The position numbers were made by a program, and so were the translations under genes. Source: Neocallimastix sp. 'constans' (lineage: Eukaryota). From it: DNA of 64,000 bases. Below, piece after piece: positions 1 through 14,700 of the stretch. Below the pieces are notes generated by a model. It was not told the origin of the DNA. It did no database searches and saw only the letters and a list, made by a program, of their open reading frames with translations. The first letter of the stretch is position 1. Each line of letters begins with the position of its first letter. The stretch covers positions 1,426,001-1,490,000 of the forward strand of contig JBODTK010000015.1 of NCBI GenBank assembly GCA_050613775.1. The letters are read 5' to 3'.

Positions 1-233
1 AATAAATATGTACTAATAAATAATAGAAAGAGTAATTATTAATAAATAATAAATATGTACTAATAAATAATAGAAAGAGTAATTATTAATAAATAATAAA
101 TAATAAAAAGATTATTTGTAATTAAATAATAAATAATTGAATAATGAATAATAAATAATATATGTCAGCATAACTTTCTAGACATATACCACAGATATTT
201 ATTATTTTTTTTATTATTGATATTTTCTTATTC

Positions 234-269
<36 letters not shown>

Positions 270-1227
270 ATGTATAATCAATTATTTAATAAAGTTTTAT
301 TATAGAGGTTTAAAGTTTTTTTTTTTTATTTTATGTTTTAAATTAATTTTTAATTTAATAAAGTCTAACATTTTTTCTATAATTTCCTTTTTTATAAAAA
401 TAGAACAATAAAATATATTATATAATTATGAATAAATAAATAAATAAATAAATAAAAAAAAAAAATTATAAAACAATTTTTTATTAATCATTAAACTTTA
501 TATAATTTCTATTAAATCCTTGAGATAAGCCGATAATAACTGCGGTTTAAGCTAGTTTAAGCTGTTTTAAATCAATAGTTCATTAAAAAGAGGTAATATA
601 GAAATTAGAGAGAAGAATTAATAACTTCTCTGGTCTTACTTTGCTGTAATACAATATAAATAAAAGTAAAAAAAAAAAAAAAAAAACAACAGAATATTAA
701 ATAAAAATTAATTTTAATTTTAGGTAATTTGTTTTAATTTTTAGTGTTATTAAAATGTAATAGAAAATATATATATATATATATTTTTTTTTTACTTTTA
801 AACTAGGATTAATGAGGGAGGAACAACTACACTCATCCTTTCACAGAACGAGTGATTTTTCTGTACTAGCACTTATATTGTCTTGTCTAACAACTGGTTT
901 TTTAACCATGGTAAATGAACACCAATTTTATATATTGAGAAAATCACCTTGGTAGAATGATAATTACCCTATATAAATTCAAGAAGTAGTCGTTGGACCG
1001 ATCCAGAAATCATAATGATAAAAACTAGAAAATCACATAATAAATAGTAAACAATAAACAATAATAAATAATAATAATAAATAATAGTAATAATAAATAA
1101 TAGTAAATAATAATAATAAATAATAATAATAATAAATAATAAATAATAATATTAATAAATAATAATAATTAATAATAAATAATAATAATAGTAATAAATA
1201 ATAGTAATAATAAATAATAATAATAGT

Positions 1228-1258
<31 letters not shown>

Positions 1259-1607
1259 TAATAATAAATAAATAATAGTAATAAATAATAATATATAGCT
1301 AAATAAATAAATAAATAAATTAATAGATAAATAAATAAATAATAAATAATAATAATTACAATAAATTAAAAAATTTTTTTTTGTAAATAATCAATTTATT
1401 TGTCCTATAAATATAATATATATAAAATATATATATAAAAGAGGCTAAATTTAAAATGTAATAAATTACATTGCTTATTTTTTTTTTATTACAAAGTTAT
1501 TTAGTCAAATAAATTATGTAAAATGAAAAAGTATTTTGTATGTATCAAAATTAATACAAAAGGAATTATTAATAAGCAATAATATAAAGTAAAATTTCAA
1601 TGTAAAA

Positions 1608-1654
<47 letters not shown>

Positions 1655-1799
1655 ACTAAAAGTATTCAGTGATGTATATGTTCAAAGGATTATTTTTCTT
1701 CTTTATATTAAATTTTATAAAATACATTCAATTCTAAAAATATATCAATATACTTTTTATACATTATAATTATTTGACGTTTTAGAGTTACTACTGAAT

Positions 1800-1849
<50 letters not shown>

Positions 1850-4800
1850 CTGTTTACTTTTTTAAAATAACAACAACAAAAAAGAAAAAAAAAACGAGAA
1901 AAGTTAAAAAAAAAAAAGTTATTTATTTATACTTAAAAGTATAAAATTATAATTGTATAATATTTATAGTATCATAAAAAAAAAGAAAAATAATAAATAA
2001 ATAAATAAATTATTAATACATAAATAAATTATTAATAAATAAATATATATATATATATATTTTTTTTAAGGTTGAATAAAAAGAAATTCATTAATATAAA
2101 TCAAAAAAAAAATTTTTTAATGATAATCATTTTAAAAAAATTTATTGGTTTATAATTTTTATTTTTATCCATATATTAATATTATAATATTAATAAATCT
2201 AAATCTAATATAAAATATATAATAGAATTAAATAGAAAATAAAAAATTGTTTTTGTAAACAAAAACTTTATTACGGCAATACTTACTTTAAAAGTATTAA
2301 TTCAAATTTTGATTATTATCTCTCATGAATAAACCATTATATATATAATATATTCTAATTAACTCTATTAATTTAATGGTTTGTTTACATAGTTGAACTA
2401 TACATATAATTGTTTATTTATAAAATAAAAATTTGATAACCAATTAAAAGATTTTCAACATATTTTCCATTGACTAAACTTATTTCTTTTATTTATTGAT
2501 TTATAAATAAAAATTCTATTTAAAAAAAATAATTTAATTATATTAATTATATTATATTAACAATTAAGATAATATATTATAATAATATATTATAGATTCT
2601 ATTATAGATTCAATAAAATATATTTAAATATGTAAGTATTTTAATTTTTATTTTTTTTTATCATTTTTAAAAATAATTAATATATTTAAAATATTAACAG
2701 AAAGTGTATTTTAAATATTTTTTTTTATTGATTTATATGTATTTAAATGTTATATATAATATATATAATTATTTTTATTTCTTTTATTTCTATATGATAA
2801 CAATCATTACTTCAATATATATATATCTATAATATTTATAAATTGATATATCTTTTTTTTTTTTTTTTTTTTTATAAAAAAAGGTGTTGGTTTGTTTGTT
2901 TATATTATCTATATTGTTAATATAATAATGTAATTGATGTATATTTAAATGAATAAAATTACGTATTATTTATTTTGTTGACTGGTTAATTTATTTAATT
3001 TTTTTTTTACTATTACATTTATTATAATATTATAATATTATTTTATTTTATTATTTTATTATTTTATTATTTAATTTTATTATTTTATTATTTTATTTTA
3101 TTATTTTATTATTTTATTATTTTATTTTATTATTTTATTATTTTATTTTATTATTTTATTTTATTATTTTATTTTATTTTATTTTATTATTTTATTTTAT
3201 TATTATTATTTTATATAGTTAAATATCACTAATAAAGGAATGTATTTTTTTATTGTATTTTGATAACTGATTTATTTATTTTATTTTTATTTTATTTTTA
3301 TTTTATTTTATTTTTTTTTTCATATACATTGCTATGTTTTACCAGTAATATTTCATTGTAGTTAATATTTTTATTTATTTTTTATTTATTTTTTTTTATT
3401 TTGTAGGCTGGATTATTTATTTATTTATTTTTGATGGCTGGTTTATTGGTTTATTTATTAAATTTTGATGGCTGGTTTATTTATTATATATTTTAAATTT
3501 TGTTGGCTGATGTATTTTTTTTATATATATTTTAAATTTTATTGATATTATTAAAATAGTGTTTAAATCAGCCGCATTTTATAATTTGTAATATTAATTT
3601 ATTATTATTATAATATTAATTTTTATTTATTGCTTACCTATTATATAGCTTTTTTTTTTTTAATTACTTTTAGTTTATATGAGGAGAGATAGCTATGGTA
3701 TTGTTAAAAAAATTAGGTAAAGTTTTTTTTTTTTTTTTTTTTTTCAATACATTTTATTTATTTTTATTTCTTTTTTTTTATAATTACTATTAGTTTAAAA
3801 AAAAATATGGAAGGTAAAGAAATATAATAAATAATAATTTAAGTTATTAATTAATATTATTTATAAAAAAAAATACTATAAATAAATAAATAAATAAATA
3901 AGCTAATAAATAAATAAATAAATAAATAATACAATGAAGTTTTCTTTTATTGATTTTATTTTATATTTAATAGTTTTATATATATATTGTTATTGTCAAT
4001 ATTTATATATTATTGATGTATTCCTAATGTTTATAGTTATATATATTACCATTAATTCTTCAATTTATTTATTTATAATTAAATACTTTTAAACATATAT
4101 TTTAAATTTTTTTATATCTATTATTTATATCTATATTATCTATAGAATGCAATATACATTTTCTATTTATTATAACAAATTGATATTAAATAGATTTATT
4201 TTTAAAATATTGAGTCAATTTAAATTAAATTGAATTGAAAATTCTTTTATTTTTTATTTATTTATTTTTTTTTAATTAAAATACTTAATATATAAAGATT
4301 TAAAAATAAATATATAAAAATAAATATTAATATAATACTTTAATATATATATATATATTTTTTTTTTCAATTTCGTAATTGCTATTAATGGAAATAAGTA
4401 ATGGATTTTACATTTTAATTAATTTGTTTAAAACTTTAATATAAAATTGTTATATTTTTAGTAATAGAATATAGATAACAGAAAGAATTGAAAATTTTAA
4501 TAAATAAAAAATAAAAACAAAAAAACAAAAAAACAAAAAAAAAATATTATAAACCATAAAAAAAAAATGTATAACGTTAAGTAATAAAAAAAAAGCTTAT
4601 TTATTAATATTTTTAAAATGATTCAGTAGATAAATATATTGAAGCTTTTTTTTATTCTATTTCTTTATATATTGAAAGTGTTACAATTATATATTATTTA
4701 AGTATTTTATTTTAATTAAATTTAATTTTTTATATAATTTATATTGATTTTATTTGTATTTATTTATTATAGAATTATTTGTATATATTAATAATTTTTT

Positions 4801-5090
4801 TATAAAAAAAAAAAAAATTAATAATAAATTAAATATATGTACAATTAATTTATAAATTATTATTAAACAATTGATTTGTGATATATTAGTGAAATAAGAT
4901 TTTTTATTTTTTTGATTTATTTTTTTTTAATTTCCTTTTTTTTTTTAAAAGAGGTTTTACTCGAATAATTAAAAAAATAACAAATAAAGACAATATAATA
5001 ATATAAATATATACATTTATAATAAATAATATATTATTTATATATTTCAAAAACAAAATTTATATAGGATATAATAAATTAAAGAAAAAA

Positions 5091-5135
5091 TATAAATAGA
5101 GGGTTTTTTCACTTTAATTTTTTTTTAATCAATTC
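5091..5135 (+). promoter_or_regulatory. Putative core promoter (TATAAATA plus Inr-like TCAATTC) of CBM18 gene 1
   Basis: TATAAATA at 5091 and TCAATTC at 5129; the same arrangement lies upstream of the paralog at 30505/30540. Confidence 0.4.
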
Positions 5136-5322
5136 ACTTTAAAGTATTTTATTAATTTTTCAATTTATCGAATGATTTCTTTTTATTGAAAAATACAAGT
5201 TTTAGTATCACTTAATTTTATTTATTTAGAAAAAAAAAATATAGATTAATCGAAATTTAATAAAAAATATATTTTTTCATTAATTATAGAATTATAATTT
5301 TTTTATTAATTTATTGGTAAAA

Positions 5323-8300
5323 ATGAAACTTAGTATAAAGTTTTTATTTGTAGCATTATTGATCATAGCTATATATTTACCTCATGTATACAGTGAGGAT
5401 GACACCAGAATTAATGATGAAGTGTCAGTTAAAAAATCTTATATTAGTTTAGAAAAAAGAGCAAACACAAAAACTAAAAAAAATACCAAAAAAAATACTA
5501 CCACTGGATCCACTACTTCTACTGGATCCACTACTTCTACTGAATCCACTACTTCTACTGAATCCACTACTTCTACTGAATCCACTACTTCTACTGAATC
5601 CACTGCTGAAGAAACTACTTCAACTGAATCAACCACTGAAGAAACCACTTCAACTGAATCTACTACTGAAGAAACTACTTCTACTGAATCCACTACGGAA
5701 GAAACTACTTCTACTGAATCTACTACTGAAGAAACTACTTCTACTGAATCTACTACTGAAGAAACTACTTCTACTGAATCCACTACTGAAGAAACTACTT
5801 CTACTGAATCCACTACTGAAGAAACCACTTCAACTGAATCAACCACTGAAGAAACCACTTCTACTGAATCCACTACTGAAGAAACTACTTCAACTGAATC
5901 TACTACTGAAGAAACCACTTCTACTGAATCCACTACTGAAGAAACTACTTCAACTGAATCCACTACTGAAGAAACCACTTCTACTGAATCCACTACTGAA
6001 GAAACTACTTCTACTGAATCCACTACTGAAGAAACTACTTCTACTGAATCCACTACTGAAGAAACTACTTCTACTGAATCCACTACTGAAGAAACTACTT
6101 CTACTGAATCCACTACTGAAGAAACCACTTCAACTGAATCTACTACTGAAGAAACTACTTCAACTGAATCCACTACTGAAGAAACTACTTCTACTGAATC
6201 CACTACTGAAGAAACCACTTCAACTGAATCTACTACTGAAGAAACTACTTCTACTGAATCCACTACTGAAGAAACTACTTCTACTGAATCTACTACTGAA
6301 GAAACTACTTCTACTGAATCCACTACTGAAGAAACCACTTCAACTGAATCTACTACTGAAGAAACCACTTCTACTGAATCCACTACTGAAGAAACTACTT
6401 CTACTGAATCTACTACTGAAGAAACTACTTCTACTGAATCCACTACCGAATCGATTACTACTATTGATAGAGAAATTCCAACTGAAGAAACCACTTCTAC
6501 TGAATCCACTACTGAAGAAACTACTTCAACTGAATCCACTACTGAAGAAACTACTTCTACTGAATCTACTACTGAAGAAACCACTTCAACTGAATCTACT
6601 ACTGAAGAAACCACTTCAACTGAATCTACTACTGAAGAAACCACTTCAACTGAATCTACTACTGAAGAAACCACTTCAACTGAATCTACTACTGAAGTAA
6701 CCACTTCTACTGAATCCACTACTGAAGAAACTACTTCTACTGAATCTACTACGGAAGAAACTACTTCTACTGAATCCACTACTGAAGAAACTACTTCTAC
6801 TGAATCTACTACTGAAGAAACTACTTCTACTGAATCTACTACTGAAGAAACTACTTCTACTGAATCTACTACTGAAGAAACTACTTCAACTGAATCTACT
6901 ATTGAAGAAACTACTTCAACTGAATCTACTACTGAAGAAACTACTTCAACTGAATCTACTACTGAAGAAACTACTTCAACTGAATCTACTACTGAAGAAA
7001 CTACTTCAACTGAATCTACTACTGAAGAAACTACTTCTACTGAATCTACTACTGAAGAAACTACTTCTACTGAATCCACTACCGAATCGATTACTACTAT
7101 TGATAGAGAAATTCCAACTGAAGAAACCACTTCTACTGAATCCACTACTGAAGAAACTACTTCAACTGAATCCACTACTGAAGAAACTACTTCTACTGAA
7201 TCCACTACTGAAGAAACTACTTCTACTGAATCCACTACTGAAGAAACCACTTCAACTGAATCCACTACTGAAGAAACTACTTCTACTGAATCTACTACTG
7301 AAGAAACCACTTCTACTGAATCTACTACTGAAGAAACCACTTCTACTGAATCTACTACTGAAGAAACTACTTCTACTGAATCTACTACTGAAGAAACCAC
7401 TTCTACTGAATCTACTACTGAAGAAACCACTTCAACTGAATCTACTACTGAAGAAACCACTTCAACTGAATCTACTACTGAAGAAACCACTTCAACTGAA
7501 TCTACTACTGAAGAAACCACTTCTACTGAATCTACTACTGAAGAAACCACTTCAACTGAATCTACTACTGAAGAAACCACTTCAACTGAATCTACTACTG
7601 AAGAAACTACTTCTACTGAATCTACTACTGAAGAAACTACTTCAACTGAATCTACTACTGAAGAAACCACTTCAACTGAATCTACTACTGAAGAAACCAC
7701 TTCAACTGAATCTACTACTGAAGAAACCACTTCTACTGAATCTACTACTGAAGAAACCACTTCTACTGAATCTACTACTGAAGAAACTACTTCTACTGAA
7801 TCTACTACTGAAGAAACTACTTCAACTGAATCTACTACTGAAGAAACCACTTCAACTGAATCCACTACCGAATCGATTACTACTATTGATAGAGAAATTC
7901 CAACTGAAGAAACCACTTCTACTGAATCTACTACTGAATCTACTACTTCTACTGAATCAACCACTGAAGAAACTACTTCAACTGAATCCACTACTGAAGA
8001 AACCACTTCCACTGAATCTACTACTGAAGAAACTACTTCTACTGAATCAACCACTGAAGAAACCACTTCTACTGAATCCACTACTGAAGATACTACTTCT
8101 ACAACCACTACAACTGGTGTTATTGCTCCAACTCCAGATAATAAGGATAGATGTGGTGAAGGATTCGGTAAATGTCCAGAAGGTGAATGCTGTAGTAAAT
8201 GGGGATGGTGTGGAACAACTGGAAAGTATTGTAATGTAAGTGAAGGTTGCCAATCTGAATTTGGTAGATGTAATGGAACTACTACTACTAAGACCACTAC

Positions 8301-9978
8301 TACCAAGAGTAAAACAAAGACTACTACTACTACCACCACTACCACCAAGACTAAAACTTCATCCACTGGAAGTACTGATAGATGTGGTGAAAAGTACGGA
8401 AAATGTGCTGAAGGATACTGTTGTAGTAAGTATGGATGGTGTGGTAAGTCTAAGAAACACTGTGGTGCCGGCTGTCAATCAGAATTCGGAAAGTGTAATG
8501 GAAAAACTACTACTAAAACTACTACTACCAAGACTACTACTACTAAGGCCGAAGCTTCATCTACTGGAAGTACTGATAGATGCGGTGAAAAGTATGGAAA
8601 GTGTGCTGAGGGATACTGTTGTAGTAAGTATGGTTGGTGTGGAAAGTCAGAAAAGTACTGTGGAGCTGGTTGTCAATCAGAATTCGGAAAGTGCAATGGA
8701 AAGACTACTACCACTACTACCAAGACTACTACTACTAAGGCCGAAGCTTCATCTACTGGAAGTACTGATAGATGCGGTGAAAAGTATGGAAAGTGTGCTG
8801 AGGGATACTGTTGTAGTAAGTATGGTTGGTGTGGAAAGTCAGAAAAGTACTGTGGAGCTGGTTGTCAATCAGAATTCGGAAAGTGCAATGGAAAGACTAC
8901 TACCACTACTACCAAGACTACTACTACTAAGGCCGAAGCTTCATCTACTGGAAGTACTGATAGATGCGGTGAAAAGTATGGAAAGTGTGCTGAGGGATAC
9001 TGTTGTAGTAAGTATGGTTGGTGTGGAAAGTCAGAAAAGTACTGTGGAGCTGGTTGTCAATCCGAATTCGGTAAGTGCAATGGAAAGACTACTACCACTA
9101 CTACCACTACTACTACTACTAAGGCCCAAGCTTCATCTACTGGAAGTAATGACAGATGTGGTAAGAACTTCGGTAAATGTCCAGAAGGTGAATGTTGTAG
9201 TAAATGGGGCTGGTGTGGAACAACTGATAAGTACTGTAAGTTAAGTGAAGGTTGTCAATCTGAATTTGGTGTTTGTGATGGATCCGATGTTCCAGTTAGT
9301 GATGATGACAGATGTGGTAAGGTTAACGGAAAGAAATGCCCAGAAGGTGAATGCTGTAGTAAGTACGGATGGTGTGGAAAGTCTGAAAAGTACTGTGGTG
9401 CCGGTTGTCAATCCGAATTCGGTAAGTGCAATGGAACTGCCACTACTACTACTAAGACAACTACCAAGACTACTACCAAGACTTCATCTACTGGAAGTAC
9501 TGACAGATGTGGTAAGGGATACGGTAAATGTTCCGATGGTGAATGCTGCAGTAAATGGGGCTGGTGTGGAACCACTGAAAAGCATTGTAGCGTAAGTAAG
9601 GGTTGTCAATCTGAATTTGGTAGATGTGATGGATCTGATCTTCCAGTTAGTGATGATGACAGATGTGGTAAGGAAAATGGAAAGAAATGTCCAGATGGTC
9701 AATGTTGCAGTAAGTATGGATGGTGTGGTAAGTCTAAGAAACACTGTGGTGCCGGCTGTCAATCAGAATTCGGAAAGTGTAATGGAAAGTCTTCTTCTGT
9801 AAAGACTACAATTAAATCTACTACTACTAAGAAGATTTCATCTTCTGACAGATGTGGTAAGGAATATGGTAGCTGTCCATCTGGTAAATGCTGTAGTAAA
9901 TACGGATGGTGTGGTACCTCCAGTGCTTACTGTGACAAGAGTTCAGGATGTAATTCTGAATTCGGTAAATGTTGGTAA
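5323..9978 (+). CDS. Secreted mucin-like protein: signal peptide, ~870-aa Thr/Glu/Ser stalk, 10 C-terminal CBM18 (hevein-like chitin-binding) domains; intronless
   Basis: First ATG is at 5323 (the ORF track starts at an upstream TTG). Hydrophobic N-terminus [24 protein letters not shown], then ([10 protein letters not shown])n, then ten copies of the RCG..G.C..G.CCSK[YW]GWCG....C..GCQSEFG.C pattern with Thr/Lys linkers. No catalytic domain, TM helix or GPI tail. Confidence 0.92.
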   Translation: MKLSIKFLFVALLIIAIYLPHVYSEDDTRINDEVSVKKSYISLEKRANTKTKKNTKKNTTTGSTTSTGSTTSTESTTSTESTTSTESTTSTESTAEETTSTESTTEETTSTESTTEETTSTESTTEETTSTESTTEETTSTESTTEETTSTESTTEETTSTESTTEETTSTESTTEETTSTESTTEETTSTESTTEETTSTESTTEETTSTESTTEETTSTESTTEETTSTESTTEETTSTESTTEETTSTESTTEETTSTESTTEETTSTESTTEETTSTESTTEETTSTESTTEETTSTESTTEETTSTESTTEETTSTESTTEETTSTESTTEETTSTESTTEETTSTESTTEETTSTESTTEETTSTESTTESITTIDREIPTEETTSTESTTEETTSTESTTEETTSTESTTEETTSTESTTEETTSTESTTEETTSTESTTEETTSTESTTEVTTSTESTTEETTSTESTTEETTSTESTTEETTSTESTTEETTSTESTTEETTSTESTTEETTSTESTIEETTSTESTTEETTSTESTTEETTSTESTTEETTSTESTTEETTSTESTTEETTSTESTTESITTIDREIPTEETTSTESTTEETTSTESTTEETTSTESTTEETTSTESTTEETTSTESTTEETTSTESTTEETTSTESTTEETTSTESTTEETTSTESTTEETTSTESTTEETTSTESTTEETTSTESTTEETTSTESTTEETTSTESTTEETTSTESTTEETTSTESTTEETTSTESTTEETTSTESTTEETTSTESTTEETTSTESTTEETTSTESTTEETTSTESTTEETTSTESTTEETTSTESTTEETTSTESTTESITTIDREIPTEETTSTESTTESTTSTESTTEETTSTESTTEETTSTESTTEETTSTESTTEETTSTESTTEDTTSTTTTTGVIAPTPDNKDRCGEGFGKCPEGECCSKWGWCGTTGKYCNVSEGCQSEFGRCNGTTTTKTTTTKSKTKTTTTTTTTTKTKTSSTGSTDRCGEKYGKCAEGYCCSKYGWCGKSKKHCGAGCQSEFGKCNGKTTTKTTTTKTTTTKAEASSTGSTDRCGEKYGKCAEGYCCSKYGWCGKSEKYCGAGCQSEFGKCNGKTTTTTTKTTTTKAEASSTGSTDRCGEKYGKCAEGYCCSKYGWCGKSEKYCGAGCQSEFGKCNGKTTTTTTKTTTTKAEASSTGSTDRCGEKYGKCAEGYCCSKYGWCGKSEKYCGAGCQSEFGKCNGKTTTTTTTTTTTKAQASSTGSNDRCGKNFGKCPEGECCSKWGWCGTTDKYCKLSEGCQSEFGVCDGSDVPVSDDDRCGKVNGKKCPEGECCSKYGWCGKSEKYCGAGCQSEFGKCNGTATTTTKTTTKTTTKTSSTGSTDRCGKGYGKCSDGECCSKWGWCGTTEKHCSVSKGCQSEFGRCDGSDLPVSDDDRCGKENGKKCPDGQCCSKYGWCGKSKKHCGAGCQSEFGKCNGKSSSVKTTIKSTTTKKISSSDRCGKEYGSCPSGKCCSKYGWCGTSSAYCDKSSGCNSEFGKCW
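5500..8100 (+). repeat. Coding 30-bp minisatellite ([10 protein letters not shown]), interrupted three times by a cassette encoding [12 protein letters not shown]
   Basis: Unit actgaagaaac(c/t)acttc(a/t)actgaatc(c/t)act; interruptions near 6448, 7084 and 7870. Confidence 0.95.
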
Positions 9979-10802
9979 ATTTACTAAATGAAAATTGCAA
10001 TAATTTAATTTGCTTGAAAAATTATAAATTTTGGTTTGACATTTAATATATATAATTTATTTAATTCATAATATATTTTAATACTAATTTAATATTAGAC
10101 AATTTATATTAGATAAAAAATATTCATATTATTTTTAATAATTAATATTAGACAAAATATGATATTATATTTATTAAGACTTCGTAAATGTATATATATT
10201 ATTCATAATATATATATATATATTTTTAGTGAATAATATATAATATTATGTTCATAATATATTTTTTATTAATTAAATTTAGAAAATATAAATATATAAA
10301 GAAAAGTTATATTATTAATCTTTTGAATTATTATTATCTTATCTTATTACTATTTTACAATGGTAATTACAAAATAGTTATTCTATATTTATAATATATT
10401 AATTATTTTAATCATGTTTTTAATTATTTAATAATATATTTTATATTAATATAAAAATTTATGTAATTTAATTGTTTAAATTAAATAATTAATAAATAAA
10501 AAATACATAAATAATAATTTTAATAATAATAATTATTGTTTAAGCTTATAAGCTGTTTTTTTTTGTAATTTATTTATTATTTTGTTTATTTTTTTTATAT
10601 TATTGTTATATTATATTATTTTTATTATATTTATTATTATTTATTTTTATTTTTATTTTTATTTTTTTTTTTTATTTTTATATAGAATTTATATTTATAT
10701 ATTAATTGTAAAATAATAGTATTATTAGTAATGTTAGTAATAGTATTGAAAATAATGTGTATATTGACTCTAGTGTGTGTGAAAAAGTGTTTAATTTCCT
10801 TT

Positions 10803-11013
10803 ATCTATTCCTAAAAAAGGAGATGATCTATCTGATTGTGTCAATTATCGAGGTATCTCTCTCTGATTAACAATGGTATTAAACTCATTTCGAAAATAGT
10901 CTCCAAAAGAATTTCGGAATATGGAGTTAAAAATAATTTTTATTAGGCCAGAGCAATTTGGATTTCGTACTAAAGAAGAATGTGTTAGTTTATTTATTTC
11001 AATTCGAGAAATT
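10803..11013 (+). mobile_element. LINE-B, 5' piece (degenerate RT region, interrupted by LINE-A)
   Basis: Translates with frameshifts to SIPKKGDDLSDCVNYRGIS...IRPEQFGFRTKEECVSLFISIREI, homologous to the RT region of LINE-A. Confidence 0.85.
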
Positions 11014-14000
11014 CTAACTCATATCCATTCCTTAATCATTATAGAACAGTACTGAGACGTGCGGACAAAAAAATCCCTGGTATGAGGGGCCTTTATATAG
11101 GTGTGCACTCCTCCTGCCAATTCACTAATGATGATTTTGAATATAGATATATACTCTCAGTAAATATATTCTCTTTTTGGGGTGTCAGATGTTCTTTAGG
11201 GAACATTTACATCCCTAGCAAAAAAACACAAAGACTCTAGAGAAAAAGCGGAAACTGATTTTGCTAATTGGCTCAAGAACCATCAGAATAACCCTTCGTC
11301 TATTGTTGGTGATTTCAACATGACTAAGCAACAACTCAAAGATCTTATTCTTAGAATTTCCCTTCAATGGTTTGTTATGGATATGGTTGGTCATCAATTT
11401 ACTTGGTCTAATGGTGGAAAGAATTCTTGTATTGATTTTATAGTAGTGAACGATAAATTAAGAAATTATCTGAATATTGCTTCTGTATGCTACTCTTTTA
11501 ATGACATCTCTGACCATTTACCACTTATTCTTTCTTGTAAAAAAATATCTCCTGATGGTTTTGTTACTCCCCCTCGGGATAAACAATTTAAGTGGTCTAA
11601 TCGAATTTGTAGGGATAAACGTGAAGCAATCTTCTCTCATAATAAATTCACATGTTTACTGGATGAATTTGAACATAATGATAATCTAGACTCTAATACA
11701 ATGGTTAAAAAACTTCTTGACACAGCAAATAAAATAGGCGATGACATTCATGCAAGAGTTCCTACAAATTTACAGGGTTCAGCGTTCCATTGTCCTGCTT
11801 ATATTAAGAAATTATCACATGAAAAACATTTATTTTATAAAAGGATTAAAAATTTTAAACTTAGTAATGATTTGTCTAATCTTCAAGAATTTTGTGATCT
11901 CTCAAAAGAATATAGAGTTCTTTCTGATTATATCATTAGTATTAAAAGAAATATTAGGAATATTAGATTTAAAAATTTGATTCATTCCATCGGCGAATGT
12001 TTCTTAAAAAATGATGCCCAGCGTGGTTGGTCTGGACTTAAGAAAATCTCTAAACCTTCTTACTCTCCTTCCCAATCACCTGTATACATTAAAGATAAAG
12101 AAGGTAATGTTCTAGTATCCCAAGAAGATCAACTCAATCGTTTTGCAGAACACTATGAAGAACTTGCTTCTGATATAACTGGTCACAGTCTTAATGAAAA
12201 TTATTGGAAAAGAATACTTAATAATTCTTCTACTCCTCAGGAATCATGGGATATTAATCAACCTATTTCCATGTCAGAAATTCATTCAACTGTTCTTTCA
12301 ATGAAAAATAACAAAGCACCTGGTCCTGATGGTATACCTACAGAATTTTTTAAAGCATTTTTTAATTCTGAGAGTAGTACTTCTTCACAGGATGACTCTA
12401 ATCAAGAGGTTACTTATTCCGATTGTGCAAAGTGTCTGTTATTACTTTTTAATAAAATTTGGGATGGTGACTTTCCTAATGAATGGAACTCTGCTTCTAT
12501 TGTTTCTATTCCTAAAAAAGGGGATCTTTCAGATTGTAATAATTATCGTGGTATTTCACTCATCAATGTAGGTTTAAAAATTTTATCAAAAATTGTTACT
12601 AAAAGAATATCGGACTATGCTTTTTCTAATGGAATAATTAGACCAGAACAGTTTGGTTTTAGAAATAAAGAAGAATGTATTAGTTTATTTGTATCCATTC
12701 GTGAAATTTGTCAAAGAAGAAAATTTAAGGATAAATTTACCTTTCTTGCCTTTCTTGACCTTAAAAAAGCTTATGACTCAGTTCCAATTTACAATATACT
12801 TACTAAAACTAAATAATCTTGGTATTCGTGGTAAATGCCTTCAATTCATTACTAATCTATACCTTACCTCGAAAGCTCGTGCAAACTTTAATGGTAAACT
12901 TTCAAAAGAATTTCCAATACACCGTGGTGTTCGCCAAGGGTGTCCTCTCTCTCCTATTTTATTCAATATATTTATCAATGATATTTTTGATAAATGTAAA
13001 AGTTATGGTGTGATTACTGAAAAGAAAAAGTGTTGTGGTGGATTATTTGCTGATGATATTGTATTATTAGCTCCTACAAAATCTTCACTTAAAAACCTTT
13101 TGAATATTGCTCATGATTGGGGTATTAAAAATGAAATGACCTTTGGAATCAATAAATGCGCTACACTAGTTGTTAAACCAAAGAATTTTATACCTTCAAG
13201 ACATTAGGAAAATCCTACATTTAGACTTGGTATGAACTATATACCAAGCACTAATCAATATACATATCTTGGTATACCTTTTAATGAATCGTTGGATTTA
13301 AAACCTATTATTGCTAAGATGAATAGTAAAATTAATTATACAGTTAACTCTTTCTTTAGATTTTTAACCAATAGGAATGTTCCTTTCTACTTTAAAACTC
13401 GTATACTAGTTTCTTTTGTCCTTAGCTCAGTTCTTTATTATGCTCCCTTACTTGGTTCAAATAAAAAGAATACTGAAAAAGCTCAAACTGCTTTTAATCG
13501 AGGTTTGTACTGGAGTTTCGGGTTTAAAAATAAAACCTCCAATACTTCAATTTACAATATGTCTAAGGAACTTTCTATACCTCCTATAGCTAGTTTTTGT
13601 GCTAAGGCGATGATTCGATGCTTTAAAAAGTGGAAAGATTCTTCTTGTATTATTTCTTATTTAGTCAAAAATATACCTACACTTTCTCACTATTCTTGGA
13701 CGAAAAAAGCACGGAGTTTAGCAGTACACAAGCACAATAATAAACTTCCTGGAGAAATAAGGAAGTTTTACTGGGAAAATATTCATTATTCAAGCACTCC
13801 TGCGATCAGATCTACAAAATACAAGAAATTTAAATTTGGTTTTAAAAAATTTATTCAACGTCTATCACTTAAATATTCACAATTTTCTCTTGGATTTTTT
13901 TGGATTGGACGAATTAAATGTGGATTCAAATTTGATGTAAAAACGTATGTTAAAAGTAATCTAGTATCAGAAAATTGCCCAACATACTGCCCTTGTTGTG

Positions 14001-14653
14001 GTGAGAGTAACAGCATACCTAGTTTTACACACTGGATACTTTTATGTCCTAAATTTGAAGAATTTAGGCAACATTTCATTCCCTTTGTTGATGAAATTTT
14101 TATTAATTTTTCTCTAATTGTTCATGAGAAATCATTGAGCATTCCTGATGATAAAGAGGAAGATTTTGATGATAATATCAATTTTTACGTGCTGTGTCTC
14201 CTTCTTGGCGGAAATGCAGTATTTGAAATCTTAAAGATCGGCTCGGGGGAAAGAAGGCGATATATTAATAATATTTTTCAATCACCTTCGAACGAGTCTT
14301 CTTTCCCGATTTCATATTTTGTGGGGCTTGCGGAATTCCTTACTAACGTTATGCTTATTGTGATTGGTGATTTTTATACCATGATCGATTTGTATAGTGT
14401 TCGACCTACCGTTGTCAAGAGCGTCGACGTCGTAACGATAAGGCAAAGAAGAAATTCTGATACAGATTCGAATGATAATTTTCATCCACATGGAGTTATC
14501 TTCGATGAATGGGAAGAGTTAGAGGCCTTTTCGTCCTCGAATCTCATAACGTAGTTTTTTAATATTAATTTAAAAAAAAAAAAAATTTCATGTATTTAAA
14601 CTTCATGTATTTTTTTAAAAAAAAAAATATTATTAAATAAAGTTTATTCCTAG

Positions 14654-14696
<43 letters not shown>
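11014..14696 (+). mobile_element. LINE-A: 5'-truncated APE-type non-LTR retrotransposon (endonuclease, RT, C-terminal Cys/His domain, 3' UTR, poly(A)); ORF disrupted
   Basis: APE motifs GNIYIP, IVGDFN, IDFIVV, SDHLP. RT motifs KAPGPDG, NYRGISL, QFGFR, DLKKAYDSV, GVRQGCPLSPILFN, LFADD, YLG. C-terminal CPCCG..HW...C. Frameshifts near 11225 and 12808, in-frame TAG at 13205. AATAAA then poly(A) from 14657. Flanked by direct repeat AATTCGAGAAATT. Confidence 0.95.

Positions 14697-14700
<4 letters not shown>

Noticed and set aside
217..411. Short Phe/Ile-rich ORFs here and at 18334, 26432, 45722 and 50287
   Set aside because: Translations of homopolymers and microsatellites with no coding signal.
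5500..8100. CRISPR-like 30/36-bp periodicity
   Set aside because: No unique spacers, repeats are in-frame coding, no cas genes, eukaryotic context.
5439..8366. 975-aa antisense Val/Ser/Asp ORF and Leu/Lys alternate-frame ORFs (also at 30765-32134)
   Set aside because: Shadows of stop-free coding minisatellites; silent variation fits the Thr-rich frame.
13205..13207. Programmed TAG readthrough or alternative genetic code
   Set aside because: The element has other lesions, and TAG is used as a true stop elsewhere (14554); a simple nonsense mutation is more likely.
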